The notes under the pieces: generated by a model
What the model saw: the letters and a program-made list of their open reading frames with translations, nothing else
Told to the model about the DNA's origin: nothing
Database searches by the model: none
Assembly (NCBI GenBank): GCA_013335095.1
Contig: JAAXWF010000001.1
Span: 22,797 to 86,796, forward strand
Reading direction: 5' to 3'
Length of the DNA: 64,000 nt
Source: a candidate division WWE3 bacterium
GTDB lineage: Bacteria; Patescibacteriota; 4484-211; GCA-002791395
Program-made: the position numbers and the translations under genes
In this document: positions 38,079 through 48,287 of the stretch, piece by piece
Position numbering within the stretch: position 1 is the first letter of the stretch
Layout of the letters: each line of letters starts with the position of its first letter

Positions 38079-40235
38079 ATGGAAAAGATAAAGAATTTGG
38101 TAAAAAATCACGCGGAAAAGATTGCACTAACTGCGGTTCTATTGGTTTCACTAACAATCGAAATAGCACTCTTATTAAAGAACGACTATGGTAATACCTA
38201 TTATGCGGCTGCAGTAAGAAGCATGCTTCAAAGCTGGCACAATTTCTTTTTTGTTTCATTTGACCCAGCCGGCTTCATATCTGTTGATAAGCCCCCATTT
38301 GGATTATGGATACAAACCGTTTCTGCGTTTATTTTTGGATATCATGGATGGTCACTTTTACTACCTCAAGCGCTTGCACATGTTGCATCAGTAGGAATTC
38401 TTTATATCTTGGTTAAAAAATACTACGGTACAATCTCGGCTTTAATATCGGCCTTTGTTTTATCAATTACACCAATTAGCGTAGCAGTCGCGAGTACCAA
38501 TCAACTTGATAGTACGCTTGTACTAATTCTCTTATTAGCGACATGGAGTCTGTTTACGAGCATCGAGACAAAAAAAATACTCTGGCTGATTATTTCATTT
38601 ATTCTTGTGGGTATTGGGTTTAATACCAAAATGATGGCTGCATATATGATCTTGCCGGCATTAGTTATAACTTACTTTTTTGCAATAAAAGGTCAATGGA
38701 AACAAAAAATTCTGAACCTGTCCATCGCAAGTGTATTTCTTGTCACGGTTTCCCTTTCTTGGGCAATCGCAGTTGATTTAACACCAGCACAAAATCGCCC
38801 GTATGTAGGATCAAGCGAAACAAATTCCGCCCTAAATCTAGCCTTAGGTTATAACGGATTACAACGCCTTACCGGAATGCAATTCGGTAAAACTGAAGCA
38901 ACAGAGCCGGTAGCACAATCAGATCAAAGCGCCCCAGAAACACCAACAGGAAATATACCCGATAAAGGCACGATGCCAGGACCTCAAGGCGGCGGACCAG
39001 GCGGTTTTTCTGGTCAACCGGGTGTATTCAGGTTATTTCAACAGAACTTAGGTGGACAGATCAGTTGGCTACTCCCGTTTGCAATGGCATCAATCTTTGT
39101 TGTACTCACTCGCAAAAGACTTCGCTGGCATCTTAGTAAAGAACAACATCCAACGATACTGTGGGGAATATGGCTCATTACCTGCGGAGTCGTGTTTAGC
39201 TTTGCTGGTTTTATGCATGAATATTACACCGTACTGATGGCTCCCGCATTGGCCGCCCTCGTTGGTATAGGCGCATCGATTTTATGGGGTGAGTATAAAG
39301 GGAACTCCTGGAGACAATGGGTTCTACCAATCGCCTTAGGAATAACCGCAATCGGACAATCCATAATTCTTTCTTACTTTTCTTCTTATCATTTCTTAAT
39401 ACCAATAATAGGTATCGGTGCCGGGGTATCAGCCTTAATTCTCTTAATTGCAAAATCGGGTTTACATAAAGCATTCTCCCGATATTTACTCGCAATGTAT
39501 ATCTTGGGTTTAACCAGCTTAGGTATTACTAGTGTTGTTTGGACATCGTATTCATTTACTCACCAAATTAACCAAACGATCGTTACCGCAGGGCCATCCG
39601 CCGAAGGAAATCGATTTGGATTTGCTGATGACAATAATCGAGATGGATTAAACGAAGATGCAGAAAACCAACAGAAGATGCCGCCAATTGGGATAGATGG
39701 TATGGGTGAATTCCGATCCATTAGTGATGATTTAATTGTGTACCTGGAACAACATCAAGAGAATGCGACATATCTCGTTGGGACCAGTTCTTCACATAGC
39801 GCGGATTCGATTATTATAAAAACGGGTAAGGCGGTTATGGCTATGGGTGGTTTTTCAGGATCAGACACCGCGATATCGCTTAAAGAATTAAAAAGTACGA
39901 TTGCTAATGGTGAAATCCGATATTTCATCACCGAATCAGATCGAAGTGGCTTTGGTAGCCAAGAGATGAATCGACAAATACATGATGGCACACAATTTTT
40001 GGATAATTCAAATCAAGATAATACGCAACCGTCACCACTTATGTTTGGTCAAAACAGGCCCCCTATGGGTGGTGACAGTAATCAGGGGCGGGTTGGATTT
40101 GGGGGGCAGAATTCAGAGATATCTGAGTGGATTACCAAACAATGTACACTCGTATCATCAGATGAGTGGCAATCTGATTCAACTGAATCACAACAACAAT
40201 CTACGTTATACGACTGCAAATCAGTGACACAATAA
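38079..40235 (+). CDS. Glycosyltransferase family 39 / ArnT-PMT-like membrane glycosyltransferase with long Gly/Gln-rich extracytoplasmic tail
   Basis: DPAGFISVDKPPFGLW loop motif after TM1; multiple TM helices. Confidence 0.65.
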   Translation: MEKIKNLVKNHAEKIALTAVLLVSLTIEIALLLKNDYGNTYYAAAVRSMLQSWHNFFFVSFDPAGFISVDKPPFGLWIQTVSAFIFGYHGWSLLLPQALAHVASVGILYILVKKYYGTISALISAFVLSITPISVAVASTNQLDSTLVLILLLATWSLFTSIETKKILWLIISFILVGIGFNTKMMAAYMILPALVITYFFAIKGQWKQKILNLSIASVFLVTVSLSWAIAVDLTPAQNRPYVGSSETNSALNLALGYNGLQRLTGMQFGKTEATEPVAQSDQSAPETPTGNIPDKGTMPGPQGGGPGGFSGQPGVFRLFQQNLGGQISWLLPFAMASIFVVLTRKRLRWHLSKEQHPTILWGIWLITCGVVFSFAGFMHEYYTVLMAPALAALVGIGASILWGEYKGNSWRQWVLPIALGITAIGQSIILSYFSSYHFLIPIIGIGAGVSALILLIAKSGLHKAFSRYLLAMYILGLTSLGITSVVWTSYSFTHQINQTIVTAGPSAEGNRFGFADDNNRDGLNEDAENQQKMPPIGIDGMGEFRSISDDLIVYLEQHQENATYLVGTSSSHSADSIIIKTGKAVMAMGGFSGSDTAISLKELKSTIANGEIRYFITESDRSGFGSQEMNRQIHDGTQFLDNSNQDNTQPSPLMFGQNRPPMGGDSNQGRVGFGGQNSEISEWITKQCTLVSSDEWQSDSTESQQQSTLYDCKSVTQ

Positions 40236-40270
40236 TTCGCTCATTACTAAAAATTAGGTCATCTACTATA

Positions 40271-41002
40271 ATGCGAATCACACAGATAATTCATATGAAT
40301 GATTTTATTCCACGTCTAAAGAAAGAATTGCTCGACCTGAGTGATTCAGAAGCAGAGAAAAACGGAAAAAAGTTTTTTAAGGAAGAAGTACAGTTATATG
40401 GTATTAAATCCTCAATATTAAAAAAAGTTAGTACACAGTACTTCAACGAAATTAAACAGCTACAGAAAAAACATATTTTTGATATCTGTGAACAACTATG
40501 GAAATCGGAAATGCTCGAAGAACAAATCATTGCCTGCAATTGGTCCTATCACGTTAATACATCATATTCTAAAGACGACATCGAGGTGTTTGAAAAATGG
40601 CTCAATACATATGTATCGAACTGGGCTACCTGCGATACTTTTTGTAATCATTCTGTTGGAACAGTGGTTGAAATGTATCCTGATCTAATTGAGAGGGTCA
40701 TAAAGTGGACGCAATCACCCAACCGTTGGATGAAAAGAGGCGCAGCGGTATCATTAATAATTCCGGTACGGAAAGGTTTGTTTATCGATGAGGTATTCAA
40801 AATATCTGATTTATTGATAACGGATAAAGATGATCTTGTACAAAAAGGATATGGATGGATGCTAAAGGCTGCAAGTGAGTCATCAATTTCAACGGTGTAC
40901 CAGTACATGATTGAACATAAATCGATAATGCCCAGAACTGCACTACGGTACGGAACAGAAAAAATGCCTGAAGATATGCGCAAAAGAGTACTCGCAAAAT
41001 AA
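40271..41002 (+). CDS. DNA alkylation repair enzyme (AlkD/AlkC-like HEAT-repeat) family protein
   Basis: NWATCDTF...RWMKRGAAVSL pattern; start 40271 or 40295. Confidence 0.5.
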   Translation: MRITQIIHMNDFIPRLKKELLDLSDSEAEKNGKKFFKEEVQLYGIKSSILKKVSTQYFNEIKQLQKKHIFDICEQLWKSEMLEEQIIACNWSYHVNTSYSKDDIEVFEKWLNTYVSNWATCDTFCNHSVGTVVEMYPDLIERVIKWTQSPNRWMKRGAAVSLIIPVRKGLFIDEVFKISDLLITDKDDLVQKGYGWMLKAASESSISTVYQYMIEHKSIMPRTALRYGTEKMPEDMRKRVLAK

Positions 41003-41863
41003 TTACGAACCGTACTGACCAGCTAGGATACCCAAGTCATACACATCAATCACACCGTTGTTTGTTAAATCACATCGTCGCATAACTTCGGTGCTTTCAC
41101 TGGTAATAGCTACATCATAGTATGACGCAAAGATACCGACATCAAAAACATTGACGATACCATCTTGATTAATATCAGCCGAGTGAGTTGGTGTAATAGA
41201 AACAGCTGGCCCAATCTGTATAGTTGAATTCTGTACTGCGGTTAGCTGGTCAGAAGGAGGGGTATTACCTATCACGTTTGAATCGTTCTTATTACCCGAT
41301 GAATATACCATTGTTAGTGTCGTTGATCCTGTTGCTAAAGGTTGAAAGACTAAGTCAAATAAAGGGTTGTTTTCATCGAGAGTACCTGAGAAACCTGATA
41401 GGGCTTGATTATTAACCGAATCATACGCCATGACACCTACATTTATAGTACCCGATGATTCAGCTTGATTTACGACCAACGTGCCGTTAAATGCGAAGTA
41501 GGAATCACTCGGTAAAAAAGTCCGCAAATTAGTACCTTCTGCTTTTGGCACTACCGAAACTAATCGCAACTTGGACCGATCATATGTAATTTGGACATCA
41601 ACTCCAGTCACAACACCACTATTTGTGTTTAATGTTACAGGGACATGCACCTCTGATCCAATCTGTGCGCTACTATTAAGCGGAAATCCAAGTTGGCTGG
41701 AAAATGCGAATGAACTGGAACCGGGAAATAATAATTGTAATAAACGTTTGCCACCAGAGGGAAAAGACACGGCAATAACAAGGAATACAATTAACCCAAC
41801 AGAACTTAATGTCACCAGAAGTGGATCCATCTTGGTTTTAGATTTCTTTTCGGTAGCTTCCAT
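41003..41863 (-). CDS. Secreted protein with cohesin-like beta-sandwich domain (aa about 60-200) and C-terminal dockerin
   Basis: VHVPVTLNTNSGVVTGVDVQITYDRSKLRLVSV...FAFNG pattern resembles cohesin; dockerin DINQDGIVNVFD / DLTNNGVIDVYD. Confidence 0.45.
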   Translation of the reverse strand: MEATEKKSKTKMDPLLVTLSSVGLIVFLVIAVSFPSGGKRLLQLLFPGSSSFAFSSQLGFPLNSSAQIGSEVHVPVTLNTNSGVVTGVDVQITYDRSKLRLVSVVPKAEGTNLRTFLPSDSYFAFNGTLVVNQAESSGTINVGVMAYDSVNNQALSGFSGTLDENNPLFDLVFQPLATGSTTLTMVYSSGNKNDSNVIGNTPPSDQLTAVQNSTIQIGPAVSITPTHSADINQDGIVNVFDVGIFASYYDVAITSESTEVMRRCDLTNNGVIDVYDLGILAGQYGS

Positions 41864-41887
41864 AGTTTTAGTAATTTCTATCTCGCA

Positions 41888-42460
41888 TTATACAATCAGT
41901 AATACAACACCCGAGATAACGAGCACCACAATTAATACGGAGAATAGATTAGTCGCATTTACCACTCCAGTATTCGGCAGATTATTGCTCGACCCGAGAG
42001 CGCTGGACGTTGGTGAGGGGGTAATAGTACTTGATGTGGGTGTTGGTGAAGGTGTTGATGTAGAAGAGGCTGCGACCGTTGGAGTCGGCGTATTACTTGG
42101 CGTTGGAGTAGGAGTACTTGTAGGTGCCGTACAAACGGAAGCCTGATAATTTGGATCCAGGTAATATACGACATCAGCTAGATGAGACCCTGGTATTAGC
42201 GAGGTAATATCAGTACCGCATGGATTGCCTTGATGAGGAGTACTGCGGGTTCCTTTTTCAAAAATATTGTTGTTATAGATATACAGACATCGAGAATCAG
42301 CAGCAACTTCGTCAACAGTCATACACGTTTGTGAGTGGACAATTAAATGATGTCGAATAAACAATAAATATGCAGCTGAAAAAGCAATTATCGACACCGC
42401 GAATAACCGCCGAACAGAATATCTTGAATTAAGTACTTTCGTATATAATAGCCTGCGCAT
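41888..42460 (-). CDS. Surface protein: N-terminal TM, Cys-containing module, PT-rich linker, LPNTG sortase-like motif followed by hydrophobic tail
   Basis: LPNTG 28 aa from C-terminus followed by a hydrophobic stretch; no charged tail. Confidence 0.5.
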   Translation of the reverse strand: MRRLLYTKVLNSRYSVRRLFAVSIIAFSAAYLLFIRHHLIVHSQTCMTVDEVAADSRCLYIYNNNIFEKGTRSTPHQGNPCGTDITSLIPGSHLADVVYYLDPNYQASVCTAPTSTPTPTPSNTPTPTVAASSTSTPSPTPTSSTITPSPTSSALGSSNNLPNTGVVNATNLFSVLIVVLVISGVVLLIV

Positions 42461-42472
42461 TATAAATGTGAA

Positions 42473-43813
42473 ATGGTTATAGATAATGTTATCATAAAAA
42501 AAGTACCCATGAATATATTAAAAAAAAACGTTGGATGGATAGTACTAATAGTACTGTGCTTAGTACCTCTGGTTATGTGGTGGCCACTTATTCCTATGAG
42601 CTTACGCTTTCGTAAGCCGGTTAACACGCTCACAACCATCACTCAAATATCCGGATTAATCGGGATGGTAATGTTTGCCTACTCGCTAATACTGAGTGCC
42701 CGCATTAAAATATTTGAAAAATTATTCGGTGGATTGAACCGAGTATATTTAGCCCACCATCAAATTGGCGGCATTGCTTTTATACTAATAATGCTTCATC
42801 CACTATCGGTGCTTGCGGCATACGCTCCGATATCGCTTGATTTGGCGATTAGGTACATAATTCCCTCTTCCGACTGGGCAAATAATTTTGGCCTGCTTGC
42901 GTTTGTATTACTAATGGCGGCGTTGGTAATCACGTATTACACCAAATTACCGTATGAAATCTGGCGATGGACTCATAAAGTACTTGGAATATCATTGGCA
43001 ATAGGAGTGCTGCACACGCTCCAGGTTTCCAGTGACATTAAAAGAAATGCCCCCCTCCGCTATTATTACTTAGCTCTGATTGGCATTGCATTAGTTCTTT
43101 TTCTTTACCGAAGTGTGTTGAGCAGATTATTGGTTAAAAAATATCGATACAAGGTTAAGTCAGTAACATCCCCCGTAGCTAATGTTGTAGCGATAGAGTT
43201 TTCTCCTTTAGCCAAGCCGATGACGTATGAAGCTGGTCAGTTCGTCTTTTTACAGCTAAAAGATAAGACCGTTGGTATGGAATCGCACCCGTTCTCAATA
43301 GCTTCAGCACCGACTTCAACCGACTTACGAATTGTTATTAAATCATTAGGGAACTACACCGCTAAACTAACTGCAATTCAGCCTGGTACCGAAGCGTTAA
43401 TAGAAGGACCGTTTGGTAGGTTTAATTATACCCATTATCAATTTACTAATCAGATCTGGGTTGCTGGTGGTATTGGGATTACTCCATTTTTAAGCATGGC
43501 ACAAAGTTTACAGGACCCTAATTATTCAGTTACGCTCTTTTACAGCGTCATTACCGAAGCAGAGCTCATCTATAGAGAGATCTTTGAACAAATCGCAGCA
43601 AATAACCCCAATTTCAAGTTTTATCCATTTATCTCAGAAAAACAAAAACGTATAACTGGTGATTTTGTAATCGAACAAGCCGGATATGATATTACCAAGA
43701 CGGATTTCTTGGTATGTGGACCACCGCCAATGATGAAGAGCCTACGAGAACAAATTCACAATCGAGGGGTATCATATGGCAGAATCCATACCGAAGAGTT
43801 TACAATGAACTAA
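42473..43813 (+). CDS. Ferric-reductase-like transmembrane flavocytochrome (FRD TM domain plus FAD/NAD-binding FNR module)
   Basis: HPFSIAS, GGIGITP, CGPPPM motifs; six TM helices with conserved His; start 42473 or 42509. Confidence 0.65.
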   Translation: MVIDNVIIKKVPMNILKKNVGWIVLIVLCLVPLVMWWPLIPMSLRFRKPVNTLTTITQISGLIGMVMFAYSLILSARIKIFEKLFGGLNRVYLAHHQIGGIAFILIMLHPLSVLAAYAPISLDLAIRYIIPSSDWANNFGLLAFVLLMAALVITYYTKLPYEIWRWTHKVLGISLAIGVLHTLQVSSDIKRNAPLRYYYLALIGIALVLFLYRSVLSRLLVKKYRYKVKSVTSPVANVVAIEFSPLAKPMTYEAGQFVFLQLKDKTVGMESHPFSIASAPTSTDLRIVIKSLGNYTAKLTAIQPGTEALIEGPFGRFNYTHYQFTNQIWVAGGIGITPFLSMAQSLQDPNYSVTLFYSVITEAELIYREIFEQIAANNPNFKFYPFISEKQKRITGDFVIEQAGYDITKTDFLVCGPPPMMKSLREQIHNRGVSYGRIHTEEFTMN

Positions 43814-43816
43814 ACG

Positions 43817-44203
43817 ATGCTTAAAAAATTGATTGGTCTAGTATTAATACTATTTTGGTCAGCTGTGTATGGGATTATGTACCTACAAATACAAGCCAAA
43901 CCTCAACAGAATCAAGTCTCACCAACTCCGTCACCAACATCGAAACCAACTCCGACAGTTGAACTAGATGCAGTAACTGAAATATTGACCGAAACTCAGA
44001 AAAACCTCGTTCAAAACGTTGTAAAAAATTACATTACTAATGCCAGTATTTTACATACTCAATATAATAGTCAGCAAGACAAATATGAAGTTATTACTGC
44101 ATTACCAAAAGGAGACAGCATTGAAATTTATGAGTTATATATTTCTCCTGCAGGTAAAGTAACTCAAACGAAATTACTATATCCTTTATTGCAGAATAAC
44201 TAA
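43817..44203 (+). CDS. Small secreted/membrane-anchored hypothetical protein
   Basis: Signal-anchor followed by PT-rich stretch. Confidence 0.4.
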   Translation: MLKKLIGLVLILFWSAVYGIMYLQIQAKPQQNQVSPTPSPTSKPTPTVELDAVTEILTETQKNLVQNVVKNYITNASILHTQYNSQQDKYEVITALPKGDSIEIYELYISPAGKVTQTKLLYPLLQNN

Positions 44204-44223
44204 AGGATGGTACGATAAACACA

Positions 44224-45057
44224 ATGAACACACTTAAATTCGAGTTTATTAATCTTTTTTCTCTAATAAGAAAGCATAAGCTTCGTACCGTGTTAGTGTT
44301 TTTAGTAACCTATTTTTCGCTCCAAACCGTATATTACATAACGTATATGAAAAAAGTCTCCGCTCAAACCTGCTTTACTCAAGCAATGCTTGATGCCGAA
44401 AGAGATCAACAAAAGCGATGTCTGTATGCATATAACGGAGAAGTTTGGGATCCATCTGGCGGTAGTTTTAGATTACATAAAAGTCAACCGTGTGCTGAAG
44501 ACGTATATTGTACGATAGTAAATGTACATTTTGTTAACGATAACATTATTGATCGAATAAAAGATGTTAGTCGATATTTCAGACCATCATTATATGTAGG
44601 AACAATATGTTCCGGCGAGACAATTAGAAAATCAGCAGGCTCAAAAACAGATACATCAAGCGCCATTTGTAGTGGGGCGACATCAACTCCGACACCGACA
44701 AGAACTCCCACGCCATCACCAACTCGAACCCCGACGCCGACAGCAACCAAAACGCCAACTCCAACACAGGGAACAACACCGACGATTCAACCAACAGCAA
44801 CAAGTACACCACGACCGAGCAATACACCAACGATATCGCCAACACGTACCCCGACACCAACAACACCAGCCAATCATTGCCAACCATCAGGAGATGTTGA
44901 TTGTTCAGGAAAAGTAAATGCGCTTGATGCAGCTATTGTCATGATGGCACTCGGACAACCATCATCAACTAATCCTGCTGCAGATATAAATAACTCAGGC
45001 ACAATAGATGTTGAAGATTTGAGGATTGTTACAACGGCTTACGGGACACAGCTGTAA
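44224..45057 (+). CDS. Secreted protein sharing the Cys-module of 41888-42460, PT-rich linker, C-terminal dockerin
   Basis: AQTC...RCLYAYN...C block; dockerin DVDCSGKVNALD / DINNSGTIDVED. Confidence 0.5.
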   Translation: MNTLKFEFINLFSLIRKHKLRTVLVFLVTYFSLQTVYYITYMKKVSAQTCFTQAMLDAERDQQKRCLYAYNGEVWDPSGGSFRLHKSQPCAEDVYCTIVNVHFVNDNIIDRIKDVSRYFRPSLYVGTICSGETIRKSAGSKTDTSSAICSGATSTPTPTRTPTPSPTRTPTPTATKTPTPTQGTTPTIQPTATSTPRPSNTPTISPTRTPTPTTPANHCQPSGDVDCSGKVNALDAAIVMMALGQPSSTNPAADINNSGTIDVEDLRIVTTAYGTQL

Positions 45058-45068
45058 TTATATTTACT

Positions 45069-45698
45069 CTATTTCCAACTCTTAATAAAGTCTTCCGAAG
45101 AAACGACCCGTGAAAATAAATAAGGAAAAGTATACTCAAGTAAGTGTCGTTGAATAATCTGTCGCGTTTTGACATCGGTTGTTTCAACAAGATCCTTTAG
45201 GACAACAAGGCTATAGCCCTTCGAAAAGCCGCCAACAACTGAGGCTAAAATACACCCATCGGTAAAGACGCCGGTTACTACAACGTAGCGCACTCCTCTT
45301 TCTGCGAGTATTTCATTCAAGTTAGCCATAGCAAACGCATCGTTGGTATTCTTTTCGGCAATTAAGTCTTGTGGTTGCGGTTCAATTTTATAGAACTGTT
45401 CCGAAAATCCAGTTGTATCTTTTGAATAATAAGCGAACTGCTCATCGCTATACAATTCGTTTACATTATCGGCTAGATATTCTTTGCGCCAAGGGACGGT
45501 CTTTCCGAAGATAACAGGCCCCCCCACTACTAGCCGGAATCTCTGGATAAATGGCTCTAGCCGGTCTACCATTTTGCGTATCGCCGAAAAGTGTATATTC
45601 CACTCTGGGATTTCGCAATCTGCATGGGCACACGAATTTATGACATCAACAATCAGCAAGGCGGTATTACTCGAATTCATTTTTTCAAAAGGTTTCAT
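45069..45698 (-). CDS. Isochorismatase-family cysteine hydrolase
   Basis: ALLIVDV and VVTGVFTDGC motifs. Confidence 0.65.
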   Translation of the reverse strand: MKPFEKMNSSNTALLIVDVINSCAHADCEIPEWNIHFSAIRKMVDRLEPFIQRFRLVVGGPVIFGKTVPWRKEYLADNVNELYSDEQFAYYSKDTTGFSEQFYKIEPQPQDLIAEKNTNDAFAMANLNEILAERGVRYVVVTGVFTDGCILASVVGGFSKGYSLVVLKDLVETTDVKTRQIIQRHLLEYTFPYLFSRVVSSEDFIKSWK

Positions 45699-45764
45699 AA
45701 AATCATCATATCACTATAATTTCTCTATAATCAAAAACACGCTATAAGCTGGTATAATCACCGA

Positions 45765-46343
45765 ATGAGACTATTTCTTTGTCGCCATGGCCAAACAACA
45801 GGAGATGTTGAAGATCGATACGGCGGAAATTATGACGATCACCTCACCGAATTAGGAAAACAACAAGCTCAACAGCTCGCAGACTTTTTGGCTAAACAGG
45901 ATGTAAAAAAACTATACGCGAGCCCACTGATGCGTGCTCAGGAAACAGCTATGGTTGTTGCCGATGCGATTCAATTACCTGTTACAACATACTCGGATCT
46001 ACGTGAGCGTAATCATTACGGAATTTTGACTGGAATGATCAAAGCAGACGCATTACGCCAATACCCCGACCAGGTAGCATTACTTGCTAATACACATAAC
46101 ACGGTAGAACAAGCTGAACCGTATGTGTTTTTTCAAGAAAGGATACAAATGGCTCTTTCTGAAATTACCACTGAAAATGCATCACCGATAGCGATAATCA
46201 CTCACGGTGGGCCGATTCGGCTTGTATTTCGTGAATTACTTAAAAAAGGAGAGATTAATATTGAGGATTGTGCAATTGCGACCATTGAGTACCAGTCCAA
46301 TACGTGGACCCTTATTCAATCAGTTGGTATTTCTAACCGATAA
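45765..46343 (+). CDS. Histidine phosphatase (phosphoglycerate-mutase-like) family protein
   Basis: LCRHGQT motif. Confidence 0.7.
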   Translation: MRLFLCRHGQTTGDVEDRYGGNYDDHLTELGKQQAQQLADFLAKQDVKKLYASPLMRAQETAMVVADAIQLPVTTYSDLRERNHYGILTGMIKADALRQYPDQVALLANTHNTVEQAEPYVFFQERIQMALSEITTENASPIAIITHGGPIRLVFRELLKKGEINIEDCAIATIEYQSNTWTLIQSVGISNR

Positions 46344-46393
46344 ATAATTTGCGTATATGGATCACAGTAGCTACAATAAAATAAAGGGAAAAG

Positions 46394-46867
46394 ATGCAAA
46401 CAATTACTCCGTTTCTCTGGTTTAATAATAACGCTGAAGAGGCAATCAACTTATACACATCTTTATTCAAAGATTCTAAAATATATTCTATTACCCATTA
46501 TCCAAATGATTCCGGTGAAATGTCAGGAAAGGTATTAACAGCGGTGTTTGATATAAATGGCCAACGTCTTATGGCTCTGGACGGCGGACCAACATTTATG
46601 CTCTCCGAAGCTTTTTCTTTATTTGTCGAATGTGATACTCAAGAAGAAGTCGATTTTTTATGGGAAAAATTACTTGAGGGAGGAACACCGCAGCAATGTG
46701 GTTGGCTTAAAGATAGATTCGGATTGTCGTGGCAAATTATCCCTAAAGCATTAGGCAAATTAATGAATGATCCGGATCCTCAAAAATCACAAAGAGTTAT
46801 ACAAGCAATGTTATCAATGGTAAAAATTGATATTAAAGTATTGGAAGACGCATACAACGGAACATAA
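46394..46867 (+). CDS. PhnB-like VOC-family protein (PF06983-type)
   Basis: ITPFLWFNNNAEEA...CGWLKDRFGLSWQI pattern. Confidence 0.6.
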   Translation: MQTITPFLWFNNNAEEAINLYTSLFKDSKIYSITHYPNDSGEMSGKVLTAVFDINGQRLMALDGGPTFMLSEAFSLFVECDTQEEVDFLWEKLLEGGTPQQCGWLKDRFGLSWQIIPKALGKLMNDPDPQKSQRVIQAMLSMVKIDIKVLEDAYNGT

Positions 46868-46892
46868 AAAGCCCCCATGTTTCCATGAGGGC
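46866..46892 (-). terminator. GAAA-tetraloop terminator hairpin, copy E (gcccccatgtttccatgagggc), with compensatory G-C to A-T change in the stem
   Basis: Positions 7 and 16 of the core changed together relative to copies A-C; pairing is preserved. Confidence 0.7.
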
Positions 46893-46920
46893 ATCAGTAT
46901 CACCCAAGATCACCGAATAT

Positions 46921-47301
46921 CTACTCCCCCTCTGCTTCAGAAGGTTCAGCGAGAGCCTCAAAGAGCCCCATTGCTACGCAATTGAGCGTAAATAACGCCA
47001 TCATCACAGGCTTCATGTCATCGCCTGGATTTTTAAGCTTGATCGCTCCGACGAGGAGCAATTGTACACCCGGTTTAATGCCTTTAACGTCCAGCTTTGC
47101 AGTAAAGCCATCTGGATCCAGTAGATCAGCGAACCTAATGACATCATCGTTACCAGTGAGCAGAACGATTGCAGCATTCTGCTCAACCATGGGAACGGTG
47201 ATTGTAACTTTGCCGTCATCGGCAATCGCAATCGTACTACCGGGAACCCCAAGCCGAGTCCGAAGGAAATCGTACAAAGTCGATTTTGGAGCGTCGTCCA
47301 T
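46921..47301 (-). CDS. Hypothetical protein (high-GC)
   Basis: 126 aa. Confidence 0.45.
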   Translation of the reverse strand: MDDAPKSTLYDFLRTRLGVPGSTIAIADDGKVTITVPMVEQNAAIVLLTGNDDVIRFADLLDPDGFTAKLDVKGIKPGVQLLLVGAIKLKNPGDDMKPVMMALFTLNCVAMGLFEALAEPSEAEGE

Positions 47302-47385
47302 AGGGAAACTCCCCTTCCAACATAGTCCGGAGAAAAACGCAGTTGTATTGTACGGTAACTACCCAGCAAAGTCAAAACTATGGGA

Positions 47386-48111
47386 TTAAATTAGTTTACT
47401 TTCCCCGGTATAAAAAAGACGACCTTTTGTAATGATTAAGACTAAAATAGCATATACAATAAGCAAAGTACTGTAGGTAGAAACAAAACTATTCTCTTTA
47501 ACTAAATACACAATATTGTTAGTAATATGAAAAATGATTGGAGCGATTATCGACCCACGATTGATATTTAATGATGAGGTCAATAAGATTGCTCCGAAAA
47601 ACAACGACACAATAAACCCTACGACCATAAATGAAGAATTAAACTGGAACCGATACCAAAACATAGGAGCATGCCATACCGCCCATACAATCGTTAATAT
47701 GCCGGTCGCCAGAAGCGGTGAAAATCGTTGCTGCAATGTAGGGATAGCATATCCTCGCCAGCCGATCTCTTCAAATATTCCATATACTAAGCTGGACACA
47801 GTTATTAATAAAAAATCCGAGTTATCAATAGAAACCGGGCCCGAAAACGTAATCGTGATACCTCCAAGTAATAATGGAGAGACACTAAAAAGTAATGCTT
47901 TCCATGAAGCAAGCCTGAATATATTTTTTAAGTACATTGCCGATCCAGCTTCAAATCGTTTAATAACATAAATAGCCGCAATAGTCGGACCAAAAGAGCC
48001 AACCGCATGCCAATGCGGGTCAATCCAAGCGAAAGCCAAAGGAATCGTAACGATCCACGTACAAACATATGCCAAAATAAAATAGAGTATTAATTTATTG
48101 TTAAAATTCAA
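47386..48111 (-). CDS. CPBP-family (CAAX-protease/Abi) intramembrane metalloprotease
   Basis: FEEIGWRGY motif 1; HAPMF and HITNN motifs; multiple TM helices. Confidence 0.75.
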   Translation of the reverse strand: MNFNNKLILYFILAYVCTWIVTIPLAFAWIDPHWHAVGSFGPTIAAIYVIKRFEAGSAMYLKNIFRLASWKALLFSVSPLLLGGITITFSGPVSIDNSDFLLITVSSLVYGIFEEIGWRGYAIPTLQQRFSPLLATGILTIVWAVWHAPMFWYRFQFNSSFMVVGFIVSLFFGAILLTSSLNINRGSIIAPIIFHITNNIVYLVKENSFVSTYSTLLIVYAILVLIITKGRLFYTGESKLI

Positions 48112-48287
48112 AATAAGATCCTTTTCAAATAACGGATGCGCTCTGAACTATGGCATAATCATAATATGCTAATAATAATTATTGTAGTATTAATCATTTT
48201 AGTTCTAGCTGGAGTATTTTTAGCCGGAGCATTATCAGAAAACGCGACAAAATCATCTCCAAATGAAAAAGAAAACAAGACGAACGA

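Noticed and set aside
41571-42146. 191-aa plus-strand ORF antisense to the cohesin-like and LPNTG genes
   Set aside because: It spans the intergenic gap of two minus-strand genes and is composed of low-complexity translation of the PT-linker complement, which makes it a shadow ORF.
44690-44880. Short periodic DNA repeats (acaccgacnccnac...) that could be mistaken for a CRISPR array or other tandem-repeat locus
   Set aside because: They lie inside ORFs and encode Pro/Thr linker peptides (TPTPTRTPTPS). There are no spacer-repeat units of 25-40 nt and no cas genes.
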